Source: an uncultured Methanoregulaceae archaeon (GTDB taxonomy: Archaea; Halobacteriota; Methanomicrobia; Methanomicrobiales; Methanospirillaceae). Taken from it: a stretch of 64,000 nucleotides of DNA. Positions 54,061 to 64,000 of the stretch are shown in pieces. Under the pieces are notes generated by a model, which saw only the letters and a program-made list of their open reading frames with translations, made no database searches and was not told the DNA's origin. The translations under genes were made by a program, and so were the position numbers. The DNA is taken from contig CAVTTL010000001.1 of assembly GCA_963737635.1 (NCBI GenBank), positions 2,362,822 through 2,426,821 of the forward strand, written 5' to 3'. Position 1 is the stretch's first letter. Every line of letters starts with the position of its first letter.

Positions 54061-54657
54061 TTATTTCTTTACCCAGACATGGGTAATTTCCCCAAATACA
54101 TATTTGCGAATTTCGTGCGGGTCTTTGTAAACTTCGTTTATATAGTCTTTCGATTCTTGGCTGCAAAAATCATTGGGAGTGGGGGTAGTAATTTGCGTTA
54201 ATGTACATTCCATAATGAGTCTGGCTTCTTTGAAAGACATATTACCGGAAGGAGTTTGAACACTTGCCAGTTCAACTTCTTTCATTTTCTCGCTGTCTCT
54301 TCCTGACTTACTTCCCAAAAAGAGTACTTGTTTCTTGTAGTCATCCGGGAAGTAAGACATCGTATATGTTTGCTCTTTTAGAATCAATTCAAGCGTATAA
54401 CGGTCTGCCCGAAGAACACACCACGTGGTGGGTTTCTTGAAAAGAAGCCCCAAACCACCCCCACTGCCTGTCATGGAATTATAATGATCTTCCTTGCCCG
54501 CAGTAATAACCGGAAAAACTTTTCCTACCAGCGTAAATACATCGTCGCATATCTCTTCTGGAGAAATCTGTTTAAATAATTGATCAAAATTCATCTCTTT
54601 GACATTTATATGATTTATTTTTTTCATAATATACGGTTTTTCAGTTGGCTGAGACAT
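54061..54657 (-). CDS. Flavin reductase-like protein
   Basis: ITAG...NSMT...GG.G..F.KP, RYT, GSKSGRD, EARLIMEC, FGEI. Confidence 0.75.
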   Translation of the reverse strand: MSQPTEKPYIMKKINHINVKEMNFDQLFKQISPEEICDDVFTLVGKVFPVITAGKEDHYNSMTGSGGGLGLLFKKPTTWCVLRADRYTLELILKEQTYTMSYFPDDYKKQVLFLGSKSGRDSEKMKEVELASVQTPSGNMSFKEARLIMECTLTQITTPTPNDFCSQESKDYINEVYKDPHEIRKYVFGEITHVWVKK

Positions 54658-54992
54658 ACGCTACTCCTCGCCGGGATCACCGGCTCTGTCCATTGGTTTT
54701 GTCCATTCTCATTCGTGGAATGCCTGCAAATATTTTGTCGCTCACTAGGTTTTATGAATATATTGTTAATTCGTTAAAGTATATTATTGTTTATCCAGTT
54801 AAACAAAAAAGTGCAACAAGTTAATGGGCAGTCTCTTGGCAATTGAAAATAGTAATTATTGGCTCATCTCTTGGAACGATGGAAAATTTTGATGAAAACA
54901 TCGATGAGGAAGATATTGTTGATCACAATTTATAAATCCCGGAATGGAGGAAAAAAGATTTTTACTTAACCAACTTCAGGATATGAGAGAAT

Positions 54993-55467
54993 TTATTTCT
55001 TTTTTTCGAGGAATAAATCCGCAGTCTGGTCAATTGCATGGATGAACTTTTTGAGATTTTGGAATTCTTCGTCGCTGATGGGGCCAACCATCTTCATTAA
55101 TTCTTCATCAATTTTTGCATGGCTCTGTCCATGGGTATGATACACAATTTTTCCTCGGGGAGTCAGACGCAGGAGTACCTCTTTTTCATTATCAGGACCG
55201 TGATATTTTTCAACAAGGTTCAGCTCGGAAAGTTTCCGGATTATCTGGGACGCGGCGCTTATGGAAATTTCAAGACGTTCCGCAAGTGAAGTAATATTGA
55301 CCCTGGCACTATTGCCAATCGCTGCAATGGTGTGAACCTCAGGTACGATTAAGAAGATCCCCAGTACCAAAATCGTGGGATGGATCTTCCAGTGCCGAAA
55401 ATTTCTGGATTGCTTCTATACACTGTCGGGTAAGATCCAATAAATCGTTTTTATTATTGATTGCCAT
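54993..55467 (-). CDS. MarR family regulator (frameshift near 55345)
   Basis: EVHTIAAIG...NITSLAERLEISISAASQ...KEVLLRLTPRG. Confidence 0.8.
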
Positions 55468-55840
55468 GGGAAATTCCATTGTGCAATCACATGCACACAC
55501 TATTGTTAAGCGAGTAAAATATAAAATAATTCGTTATCGAACAAAACCAGTAATTTTATGGAGTCTCTTTTGTTGCAACAGCTTTGTTGGCGCCGACGTG
55601 TGTTGTGGATCCGGCGACAACGTTTGTGTTCTATTGAAGTAATAACCGGCATCATCGGGAAGTGTCTTTACCAGTAGTATGAGACATTCCAAACTACCCA
55701 TGAGGGTAATTATTTCACTCAAATTCGTAGATAGGGAGCCGGTGATGCTTAGTCATGTTCGCTCGTCCTCGCTTGAGACTCCGGCTCACCTCACATTAGC
55801 TTTCTGATGCAAATGGCCCTCCTCAATGCAAGGATGTTTC

Positions 55841-56578
55841 TTATACCCCGTTTGTCAGTCTCGCTCGTTCCCCGCCGTCGACTGCTATCTCGGCACCGGT
55901 AATAAAACTGGACTCATCCCCTGCAAGAAAAAGCACGGCATTTGCAACCTCTTCGGGCATGCCTGCCCGGTTCATGCCAACATGCCCGGGCTCCAGATCG
56001 TTTGCTCTTGTCGCGGGTGTCAGGATCTGCCCGGGGTGAATCGAATTTACCCGGATATGGTACCTTGCGAGATCCAGGGCCGCCGATTTCGTCAGGCCGC
56101 GGATGCCCCATTTGGATGCAATACAACCCGGAGACACGGGATCCCCATGTAATCCGGAAAACGATGAAATATTGATGATCGATCCACGCCCCGCCTTAAT
56201 CATTGAGGGAATAACAGCTTTCATTCCGTAGAATGTTCCAAAAAGATTGGCTTCGATACTTTCCCCGAACTGCTGGTTTGTGCATTCATCAAACGGTGCA
56301 TGGTTCACCATTCCCGCGCTATTCACGAGAATGCTCACTGGGCCAAAGGTAGTTTCCGCGACATCTACAGCCCTAATCCAATCAGACGACTCAGTAACAT
56401 CGAGTGTTACGTAGCAACCATGGGAGCCCATGTCCTTTGCAATCCGTTTTCCTTCGGATTCGAGCGTGTCTCCAATCACGACATTTGCCCCTTCTGCCGC
56501 TAAGAAACGGGCATAGGTTGCACTTATGCCCCGTGCATCCCCGCTGATAATTGCTACCTGTCCATCAAGTCGTCCCAT
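55841..56578 (-). CDS. Short-chain dehydrogenase (3-alpha,20-beta-HSD-like), degenerate active site
   Basis: GRLDGQVAII, GSIINISS, IRVNSIHPG, ITGAEIAVDGG; YxxxK reads CIASK. Confidence 0.8.
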   Translation of the reverse strand: MGRLDGQVAIISGDARGISATYARFLAAEGANVVIGDTLESEGKRIAKDMGSHGCYVTLDVTESSDWIRAVDVAETTFGPVSILVNSAGMVNHAPFDECTNQQFGESIEANLFGTFYGMKAVIPSMIKAGRGSIINISSFSGLHGDPVSPGCIASKWGIRGLTKSAALDLARYHIRVNSIHPGQILTPATRANDLEPGHVGMNRAGMPEEVANAVLFLAGDESSFITGAEIAVDGGERARLTNGV

Positions 56579-56706
56579 CAGCTCATCTCTCCCCGCTGAT
56601 GTTTTTGTATGCAGCTCAAAGTACTGTTGCATCTATGGTTGATTGCAGAGTTTCCATTTTGGAAAAATGTGCATATCCACCGCAGACGCAACAGAACCCG
56701 GACCGG

Positions 56707-57540
56707 TTAATCTGAACTCCGAAGTTCTTTCCATTCGTCTGTTTCGAGAATACTGCCCGGCACGTCTTTTTCCATCTCCACAAAAAGGCGGTACGGGACG
56801 GAGAAGGTAAGTTTGTCTTTTCCGAGCGTCTTTCGAACTTCTCTCCTCGCATGAATATCCGTAAGGCCGATCACTGCACGAGGATCATCCGAATCGCTTT
56901 CCGCGTATACGCATACTCCCATTGAATGGCACCCAGCTACACCGTGAGTGACCACGACCCGATCTTTGATCATCCCGGCGTGATAATTCGCAAGTATTGA
57001 GAGAACGGAGATCTGGTCCGCGTCGGCAAGGAAAATGACGCTCCGGATCGTCTCGCCATCCTGAACCTGGCACAAGGGTTTCATGACAACGTACTGTTCT
57101 TTCACATCGTAGTACGGTAGATTTTTCAGAAAGGTCTTGGCAACGGTTGGATTTTTAAAGATACGTTCTCCATTCTGCAGTAACTTTTTCTGATACGTAT
57201 TCGGACAGCTCTCTACGATGGCCCTGTATTCTTCCGGGTTTTCTGCGCCTTCCACTCCATTCGAAAGGAAACTGGCAAACCCTTCTTCGGTGTGGGCAGC
57301 GTGCTTTTCAAAAGGCCGACCGAAACCAAGGCCCATTGCTCCTCCAACACACCCGAACGTTTCCCGGGAAAAAACTGCGGTTCTCCCATCTCGTGCAACT
57401 TTTGCGTACAGCCACATAACGCAACCATACATACCTTTTTTGAATTCCAATGCACCTTCGGGTTTTTCATCTGTCCATACGATGGCGACGGGTTCAGTTG
57501 TGAATCCGGCCGCCCGGACAATTTCGCTATGAACTGGCAT
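56707..57540 (-). CDS. DUF169 family protein
   Basis: EPVAI, GCV, GCVGGAMGLG, AGC, GLTDI.AR, FSVP. Confidence 0.8.
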   Translation of the reverse strand: MPVHSEIVRAAGFTTEPVAIVWTDEKPEGALEFKKGMYGCVMWLYAKVARDGRTAVFSRETFGCVGGAMGLGFGRPFEKHAAHTEEGFASFLSNGVEGAENPEEYRAIVESCPNTYQKKLLQNGERIFKNPTVAKTFLKNLPYYDVKEQYVVMKPLCQVQDGETIRSVIFLADADQISVLSILANYHAGMIKDRVVVTHGVAGCHSMGVCVYAESDSDDPRAVIGLTDIHARREVRKTLGKDKLTFSVPYRLFVEMEKDVPGSILETDEWKELRSSD

Positions 57541-57749
57541 GTTGGGATCACTCCGGTTTTTACAGTGTTGTGATGAGGGGGAGGATTTGTTTTCCTTCAG
57601 TCTCAATCACCGTTTTACCTGACTCCTTTAGCAGGGTAAGTCAATTGTTGTTGAACGTAAGAGTATTTATTAGTTCGGTTATCCTTACTATTTATGAATG
57701 ATATTATGAGTGATATTAATAGGTCAAAAAGGAGGATCTGAATTACCGC

Positions 57750-58244
57750 ATGACAGAAAAAAATGAGACCCTTCATTTGTCTGTTGATTTCGGAAAAGCT
57801 ATTGGTATTTTGCAGATTTCACTCAATGAAATCTATGGATTGGATAAAGGTCGAAAAAATGCCATCTCAAGCATGGGGCTTGCAATTCTCTATCTGGCAG
57901 CATACCAAAAAATCAAGATGAGTGATCTTTTATATTTCAATGATATTGCAAAAAGTACCGTGACCGATTATATTGACAATCTCGAAAAAAAGGGACTGGT
58001 TAAACGAGAAAGGAGTGACATTGACAGACGTGAGATTAATATCATTGTCACTGAACAAGGGAAAGAATGGCTTTCCGAAAAGGAAACCCAATTCTCAATG
58101 TATGTTCTGGAAGGTTTGGCTCGTATCGATGAACATGAGAGAGGACAGTTTGTCCAGAATTTTTTGAAGTTTGTCGGATATAAGGAGGGGCAGCATCCTT
58201 ATTTCAGCATTATGGAAAGAAAAAAACGAATGAAAGGAAATTGA
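57750..58244 (+). CDS. MarR family regulator
   Basis: KSTVTDYIDNLEKKGLVKRERSDIDRR...TEQG. Confidence 0.85.
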   Translation: MTEKNETLHLSVDFGKAIGILQISLNEIYGLDKGRKNAISSMGLAILYLAAYQKIKMSDLLYFNDIAKSTVTDYIDNLEKKGLVKRERSDIDRREINIIVTEQGKEWLSEKETQFSMYVLEGLARIDEHERGQFVQNFLKFVGYKEGQHPYFSIMERKKRMKGN

Positions 58245-58282
58245 GAAAATATCACCAGGTCTGGCATGTTCGCTCTGTTAAC

Positions 58283-58326
58283 TTTGTGATTCGGGATCCG
58301 GATCTCCGGAACCGCCGGATCACAAA
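58283..58326. terminator. Stem-loop between convergent genes
   Basis: TTTGTGATTCGG...CCGGATCACAAA with inner TCCGG/CCGGA stem. Confidence 0.4.
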
Positions 58327-58469
58327 AAATATTGCCCGACAAAACGAACTAGGAAACCAGAAATGCCAAAAAATCTCGAATTTTTGGTCCTAAAATAATA
58401 CACTGTTGACAGTGTATGTTTACAAAAAAAATGGATACTCCCTCACTGGTTCTCTCCTGAATTTTGGCT

Positions 58470-58964
58470 CTATGAATTATACGACCGGAACGGCACATAC
58501 TGGTCGAGAATCTTGATCGCATCTCCCTGCGGTGTGATCGCCCATGCCTCGGCCCTGTCTTGGTACCCGGTGGTCGCATTGAACGTGACGGTATTACCGA
58601 TGCCCAGCGGCTGGTCCATCTCCCCGGTTTCAACAACGCCGTCAGAACGGGTGATCTGGAGTTCAATTCGTTGTATAAGATTCATGCCTTTCCCGCCCCG
58701 GAAGGTTATAATAATCTGCGGATTAATGGCCCGGCCATTACTCTGGGCCTGGACAGTGACTCCCCAGTAATCGGGCAGGACCCCGGTCGGCCCCGGCGTC
58801 ACCGAATCTGTCGGCACCGACTCCGGGGTCTGGGTCAGCATTGGCGTCAGGAAAGGCGTCATGGAGGAGGGCACCGACTGCCCGGTATCCGGCTGGGTGC
58901 ACCCGGCAACGGCAAGAATCAGTACCAGGATAAGTACCGGGCCAAGGATCAGACGCAGGTTCAT
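58470..58964 (-). CDS. Hypothetical lipoprotein
   Basis: VAGC lipobox; ITFRGGKG...V..TRSDG. Confidence 0.7.
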   Translation of the reverse strand: MNLRLILGPVLILVLILAVAGCTQPDTGQSVPSSMTPFLTPMLTQTPESVPTDSVTPGPTGVLPDYWGVTVQAQSNGRAINPQIIITFRGGKGMNLIQRIELQITRSDGVVETGEMDQPLGIGNTVTFNATTGYQDRAEAWAITPQGDAIKILDQYVPFRSYNS

Positions 58965-59028
58965 CAGGTGAAGGTCGTATCCTCCAGTATATATGATGAT
59001 AGGATGGGGCAGGTTGGACGGTATTGAA

Positions 59029-61116
59029 TCAGCTTTCAGGGGAATCCTGCCGGCACCCGGGCTCACCGTTCGCTTTCCTGCAGGTGAACCGGCAGATATT
59101 GCCTACGGCACGGAACGCATCTTCAATGTCGGGGAAGTTGGGGATCTTTGCCTCCCTGAGGATCCGCTGGGGGGTTTTCATGGAATCCCCACCGATCATA
59201 CAACCGACGATCATCTTGTTGGTGTGCTTGGAGAACCGGATCAGTTCGTTTGCCACCCTGAGGGGATTGGACATTGCCGTCGGCACCGCAATGACAAACG
59301 CGATATCCCAGAGATCCTGATGTCTGATCATCACATCAAAGGTCTTTGCGTACTGGTCCGCGTCGGAGTCCCCGACCATGTCGATGGGATTTTCCCTGCT
59401 CCAGCTGGCGGGAAGGACGGCATCCAGTTCCCGGGTGAGACTATCAGAGAATGCCACCAGTTCGATACCGAAGCGTTCTGCATAATCCGATGAAAGTACC
59501 GCAAAGCCACCGGCATTTGAGATCACGATGGCGCGGGTGCCTTTGGGATATCCTTCAGAGGCAAGAAGTTCGGCTGCCTGGAACGCCTCCCGGATAGACC
59601 GGACCGGAATCATCCCTGCCTGCCGGAACGCCGCTTGGTAGACCGCTGCACTCCCGGCAAGGGAGCCCGTGTGCGAAGATGCGGCTTTCTGCCCGATTTG
59701 GGAGGATCCTGATTTTATGACAATGACCGGTTTTACCGGAGTAATCCGGCTCACCACGTCCATGAAACGGCGACCGTTGCGGATCTCCTCGACATACAAG
59801 ATGACTGCATTAGTCGCAGGGTCCGTGCCGGCCCACAGGATAAAGTCTTCAAAGGTGAGGTCCAGCTGGTTTCCTACAGAAATCACCGCAGAAAAACCAA
59901 TCCCCTCAGGCAGGCTCCAGTCGACAATTGTGGTGATGATCGCGCCGCTCTGCGAGATGAACGCGATGGAGCCGGGCCTGGGGGAGACCGGATCAAACGT
60001 CGTGTTGATGCCCTGCGTCGGGAGCATGAACCCGAGGCAGTTGGGCCCCATGACCCGGATCCCGTATTTTCGTGCAATGGCAAGCGCCTGTTCTTCGAGC
60101 GCTTTTCCTGCCGGCCCGGTCTCCCGGAAGCCGGAGGAGACGATAATAACGAGCGGGATCTTCTTTTCTCCCGCATCTTCCATGACAGCAGGCACGCCGG
60201 CTGCAGGAATCGCAACGACTGCCACATCCACCGGTCCCGGTATGGAGGCAAGCGAGGGGTACGAGGTCTTTCCCAGAATTGCCGCACTGTTGGGATTGAC
60301 CGGGTACAGCGCCCCGGGAAAGCCAAGCATATTCCGGCAGATGGCATAGCCGACTTTGTCGGGGTTCTGCGAAGCGCCTACCACGGCGACCGAATTGATC
60401 TTGAAGAGTTTCTCCGGCAATGCCGTATCAACTTCGTCCCAGCGGGCCGGTCCGGGTGCATCGCTTGTATAGATGCGGGCGTCCACCACGCAGGCGCCCT
60501 TGGCGTACAGGATGACCGGATTGATATCGAACTCCTGGATCTCGGGATGGTCCAGGAACATGCGGATCAATGCCCCGGCAATTGCCTCCAGTGCGGCCTC
60601 ATCCTTCGGTGTACTATGCCTGAACCCGGCGATCAGGGGATACCCCCTCAGGCTGTGGATCATGGATCGGAGCTGATCGTCTGTGACCGGAAGAAGCCGG
60701 ATCGCAACGTCCCGGATCAGTTCCACGAGCGTGCCACCCATGCCGATGGTGATCACTTTCCCAAACGCCGGATCGGTCTTTCCCCCGACGATCAGTTCGA
60801 GGCCTTCGTTTTGCTGCTTCTCGAGGATGACTCCCCGTATATCGGCACCGGGATATGCGGCCCGGACCCGTGCGCTGATAGTGGTAAATGCCTCGCGTGC
60901 AGCCGCAGCTGAGGTTATACCGGTGATGACACCCCCGGCGTCGCTTTTGTGGATGACCTGCGGCGAAAGGATCTTTGCCACGAGGGGAAAACCGATCTCT
61001 TCTGCTGCCTTTCCTGCCTCATCTGCAGTTTGTGCGACTGCATACCGGGGCACCGGGATCCCGTAGTGCCTGAGCAGCTCGTATCCTTCTGCTTCGGATA
61101 ACAACGTGCGTGACAT
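59029..61116 (-). CDS. Acetate--CoA ligase (ADP-forming), fused beta-alpha
   Basis: HKSDAGGV, DINP, VAVVGAS, GPNCLG, SQSGA, SHTGSLAG, NPID. Confidence 0.9.
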   Translation of the reverse strand: MSRTLLSEAEGYELLRHYGIPVPRYAVAQTADEAGKAAEEIGFPLVAKILSPQVIHKSDAGGVITGITSAAAAREAFTTISARVRAAYPGADIRGVILEKQQNEGLELIVGGKTDPAFGKVITIGMGGTLVELIRDVAIRLLPVTDDQLRSMIHSLRGYPLIAGFRHSTPKDEAALEAIAGALIRMFLDHPEIQEFDINPVILYAKGACVVDARIYTSDAPGPARWDEVDTALPEKLFKINSVAVVGASQNPDKVGYAICRNMLGFPGALYPVNPNSAAILGKTSYPSLASIPGPVDVAVVAIPAAGVPAVMEDAGEKKIPLVIIVSSGFRETGPAGKALEEQALAIARKYGIRVMGPNCLGFMLPTQGINTTFDPVSPRPGSIAFISQSGAIITTIVDWSLPEGIGFSAVISVGNQLDLTFEDFILWAGTDPATNAVILYVEEIRNGRRFMDVVSRITPVKPVIVIKSGSSQIGQKAASSHTGSLAGSAAVYQAAFRQAGMIPVRSIREAFQAAELLASEGYPKGTRAIVISNAGGFAVLSSDYAERFGIELVAFSDSLTRELDAVLPASWSRENPIDMVGDSDADQYAKTFDVMIRHQDLWDIAFVIAVPTAMSNPLRVANELIRFSKHTNKMIVGCMIGGDSMKTPQRILREAKIPNFPDIEDAFRAVGNICRFTCRKANGEPGCRQDSPES

Positions 61117-61217
61117 GGTAGCAGGGCGTGCTCCTGTAGGAAGTATTGCCGGCACCGGGTTAATGAGGATTGTCCTTGAGGAAGTCTGCCTGGAGTTCAG
61201 GGGCGACAGAACCTTAT

Positions 61218-62332
61218 TCACTTCATCCCGTAGGGTATGTTTGTACGCAGGCAGTCTGCCATGTCGGCAAGGAGAGGTCCGATCTTCTGCTCTGTGCGGT
61301 ACCGCCGGGCTATCTGCTCGGCAAGGCTGCCATGATGAATCCGGTGCTCAATGACGGGCAGGTACTGCCGCTCCTCAGCCGTTGCCTGCTGCCATGCGTA
61401 CCGGTAGAGGGTTTCCAGCTCCGGCACAAAGCCGGCCGTACCTTTCTGGAGAGCCGTCTCGGTGAGCGATACCAATGCGTCCCGATCGCTCTCCACCGGA
61501 AGTGCCGGGCAGCGGAGGAGTGCGGTGACCAGTGCCAGGAATGCCATATCCGCATGGATGCATTCCTGCTCGTCCAGCGCCTTTATCTCAAGGCAGTTCC
61601 GGGAGAACCGGATGATCAGGCCGCTCGAATTGAGCCATTCCTCGCAGAGGATCCCCGCGTCCCGTTTCCGGAGCTCCGTATAGATCTCTTCCTGAGCCTT
61701 CCGGTATTCGCTGACCGACTGAAGGCGTGCCGGTATGATCCCGCCGCAGATCTCCGGTATTTTCTCCTGGTTCTTCCGGTAATACACGAGCCGGTTGTCC
61801 ATAGTCCCGGTCAGCCGGCCTTCTACAACCGGGGACGATGCCGAAAGCGCGATGAGATACGGGAGGAGGGTGCGGATCCGGTTATACTGCATGAGGAGAT
61901 CTTTATCCCCGGTGTATGAGAGGTTGATCTGGAACGCCTGGATGTTGAGCCACCCATGCTGGTGGATGGAAAACAGACCGGTCGTAGGTCTCGTAATATT
62001 CCCCTTCGTTATGATTCCAGACCGCAGTCCGGTCGAGCGTCAGAGTGGGGTGCATACCAAGGCCAAGGAGCTGGTACTCGGTCGGGAAATATATGGTAAA
62101 ATTTCCTGATCCCCTGCATGAGCATCCCCTCGAGTGCGCCCGGGCCTGACGCCGGGACACGGGGAATAAATTCAAGGACCGTCTTCTGGAGCTCCTTTGA
62201 GAGTTTCACTTCCCCAAAGAGGATCTCATCTGCGAACCTCCCGCAGATCGATTTTATGATCTGGTCGGAGACCGGAAGTGCGGTAAAAGTCGCGTCATTG
62301 ATGGAGAATTCGTGTTCTGTCCCGACCGTCAT
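61218..62332 (-). CDS. Glutamate--cysteine ligase (GCS2) family protein, several frameshifts
   Basis: GTEHE, KELQK..LE, LGMHP, HGWLNIQAFQINL, ALSASSP, EIKALDEQE. Confidence 0.75.
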
Positions 62333-62811
62333 ACGCACCGGTGTCCCCGGGGGATCTCGCAAACGAGATCCGTGTCCGGCTCCTCGATCCTGTTGATCTC
62401 CGCGATCTCCTCATCGGTGAGCTGAGCAACGAGGTTTGTGATATTGGTTACTGCCCGCTCATACTGCTGGCGATAAGCCCCGGGCTCTTCCTTGAGGAGC
62501 GGGACAATCGGGCAGATAGAGGGGTGTTTCAGGAAGATCCGGATCCTGTCGCCTTCCACGTCAAAGGTGAACGGCCCTGCCCGGCAGGTCTCGGGCTTGA
62601 CCCGGTGACAGGTACACTTGCGGTTCTCCATGAGGATACAGGTGCCGTCCGGTCGTGTCCGGAGGCGAAGGTAGCCGTTTTTTTCAAAATACCCTTCAGG
62701 CACGCCAGCAGCGATCAGGCATAGGTTTCTAAACCGGGGACTTGGATATGTGGACGGCCCCCTCCTTGCAAGATGTTTTGCAGTGTTTTTGATCAGATCG
62801 CTTGCGTCCAT
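62329..62811 (-). CDS. YkgJ/FliB-like Fe-S cluster protein (N-terminus garbled)
   Basis: DGTC.L....[14 protein letters not shown]. Confidence 0.7.
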   Translation of the reverse strand: MDASDLIKNTAKHLARRGPSTYPSPRFRNLCLIAAGVPEGYFEKNGYLRLRTRPDGTCILMENRKCTCHRVKPETCRAGPFTFDVEGDRIRIFLKHPSICPIVPLLKEEPGAYRQQYERAVTNITNLVAQLTDEEIAEINRIEEPDTDLVCEIPRGHRCV

Positions 62812-62819
62812 ATGTCCGG

Positions 62820-63045
62820 CCTGTTCGACATCGCGGAGCGCGACGGCGACGAGGTGCGCGTCACCGCTTCGGCGCGCTCGTTCCTGCACCACCAAGTGCG
62901 CTCGATGGTCGGTTCGCTGGTTCATGTCGGCGAGGGCAAATGGAGCGCCGAGGATCTCGCCGCGGCGCTGGCCGCCCGCGACCGCACGCGTTGCGGCCAG
63001 GTCGCCTCGCCGCAGGGGCTTTATCTGGTGTGGGTGGAGTATTGA
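62820..63045 (+). CDS. truA: tRNA pseudouridine synthase A, 3' fragment (alphaproteobacterial type)
   Basis: [17 protein letters not shown]...[15 protein letters not shown]. Confidence 0.85.
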
Positions 63046-63104
63046 TCACGCGTCGACGGGCGCCTCTCCCTTTCCCCGCGTGCGGGGAGAGGCAAGGATG
63101 CCGC

Positions 63105-64000
63105 TCACCCGAAATACTTCTCGATGATCCGCCGGTAGATTGCCGTCAGCGCGACGAGGTCGGCGACCGGCGCGTATTCGTCGACCGCATGCATGGTCTG
63201 GCCGACCAGGCCGAATTCGAGCACCGGGCAATAAACCTTGATGAAGCGCGCGTCCGAGGTGCCGCCGGTGGTCGAGAGCTTGGGCTTCCTCCCGGTCACC
63301 TCGGCGATGGCGGCGGCAGCGAGATCGGTGAACGGTCCGGGCTTGGTGACGAAAACGTCGGCGTTCGACGGCTGCCAGTCGAACGGAAAACGGATGCGGC
63401 TGGCGGCAGCGATCTGCGCGCGACGTTCGATCAGCGCTTGGAGCGCGGTCTGGCTGTGGTGGTCGTTGTAGCGGATGTTGAAGCGCGCGCGCGCGTCGCC
63501 GGGAATGAGATTGACGGTCGGATTGCCGACATCGACGGAAGTGAATTCGAGATGCGACGGATCGAACTGGGCGCTGCCTTCGTCGAGCGGCGCCTGCAGC
63601 GCTTCGATCAGCTTCACCAGGCCGCGGATCGGGTTTTCAGCGCGATCGGGATAGGCGACGTGGCCCTGGCGGCCGGCCACGATCAGCGTGCCGTTGAGCG
63701 AGCCGCGCCGGCCGGCCTTGATGGTGTCGCCGAGCGCTTCGATGTTGCTCGGCTCGCCGAGGATGCAGTGATCGAATTTTTCGCCGCGTCCCGCCGCCCA
63801 GTGCAGGAGCTTGATGGTGCCGTTGACTGCGACCCCTTCCTCGTCGCCGGTGATCAAGAACGAGATCGAGCCGTTCTTCGGCTTGGCGGCGCTGAGCAAG
63901 ATGGTCGAGCGCCGCGGCGGCGAAGCAGGCAATGGCGCCCTTCATGTCGACGGCACCGCGTCCGTAAAGCCTGTCAGCCGCGACCTCGCCGGCGAACGGC
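63105..64000 (-). CDS. dapE: Succinyl-diaminopimelate desuccinylase, partial (frameshift near 63910)
   Basis: [47 protein letters not shown]. Confidence 0.9.

Noticed and set aside
55800-55812. TTCTGATGC as another member of the end family
   Set aside because: Only 9 nt match; expected by chance.

Overview
About 62.8 kb of archaeal DNA that looks like a Methanomicrobiales (Methanoregula-like) methanogen, judged from the aRF1, Sm protein, TFE-beta-like factor, bifunctional FBP aldolase/phosphatase and TATA-type promoters. It is followed by about 1.2 kb of very GC-rich alphaproteobacterial-type DNA (truA 3' end, dapE) that is probably a chimeric join. Many genes carry single-base frameshifts, consistent with long-read error. 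Layout: 0-8 kb secreted/cell-surface cluster; 8.9-25.9 kb AT-rich accessory/defence island; 26-32 kb grpE-dnaK-dnaJ-clpB plus an MNT-HEPN toxin-antitoxin pair; 35-41.5 kb gluconeogenesis genes, Sm, TFE-beta and a REC-PAS-PAS-diadenylate cyclase; 42.9-46.8 kb iorAB-xdhC-mocA; 47-58 kb mosaic of a divergent aRF1, transporters and hydrolases. Most notable unexplained structure: (1) a 3.2-kb cargo-carrying element with a SWIM/Zn-ribbon/IS6-type DDE transposase and 59-bp bipartite terminal repeats, abutting a sister end just upstream of the grpE TATA box; (2) about 13 dispersed GGTTCTGTTGCGTTGTCGGG-like ends that punctuate accessory genes; (3) two defence-type nuclease genes each followed by an hsdS 3'-tail fragment; (4) an aRF1 paralogue that keeps GGQ but has lost its stop-codon recognition motifs. 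All family assignments are by motif recognition only; no searches were run.
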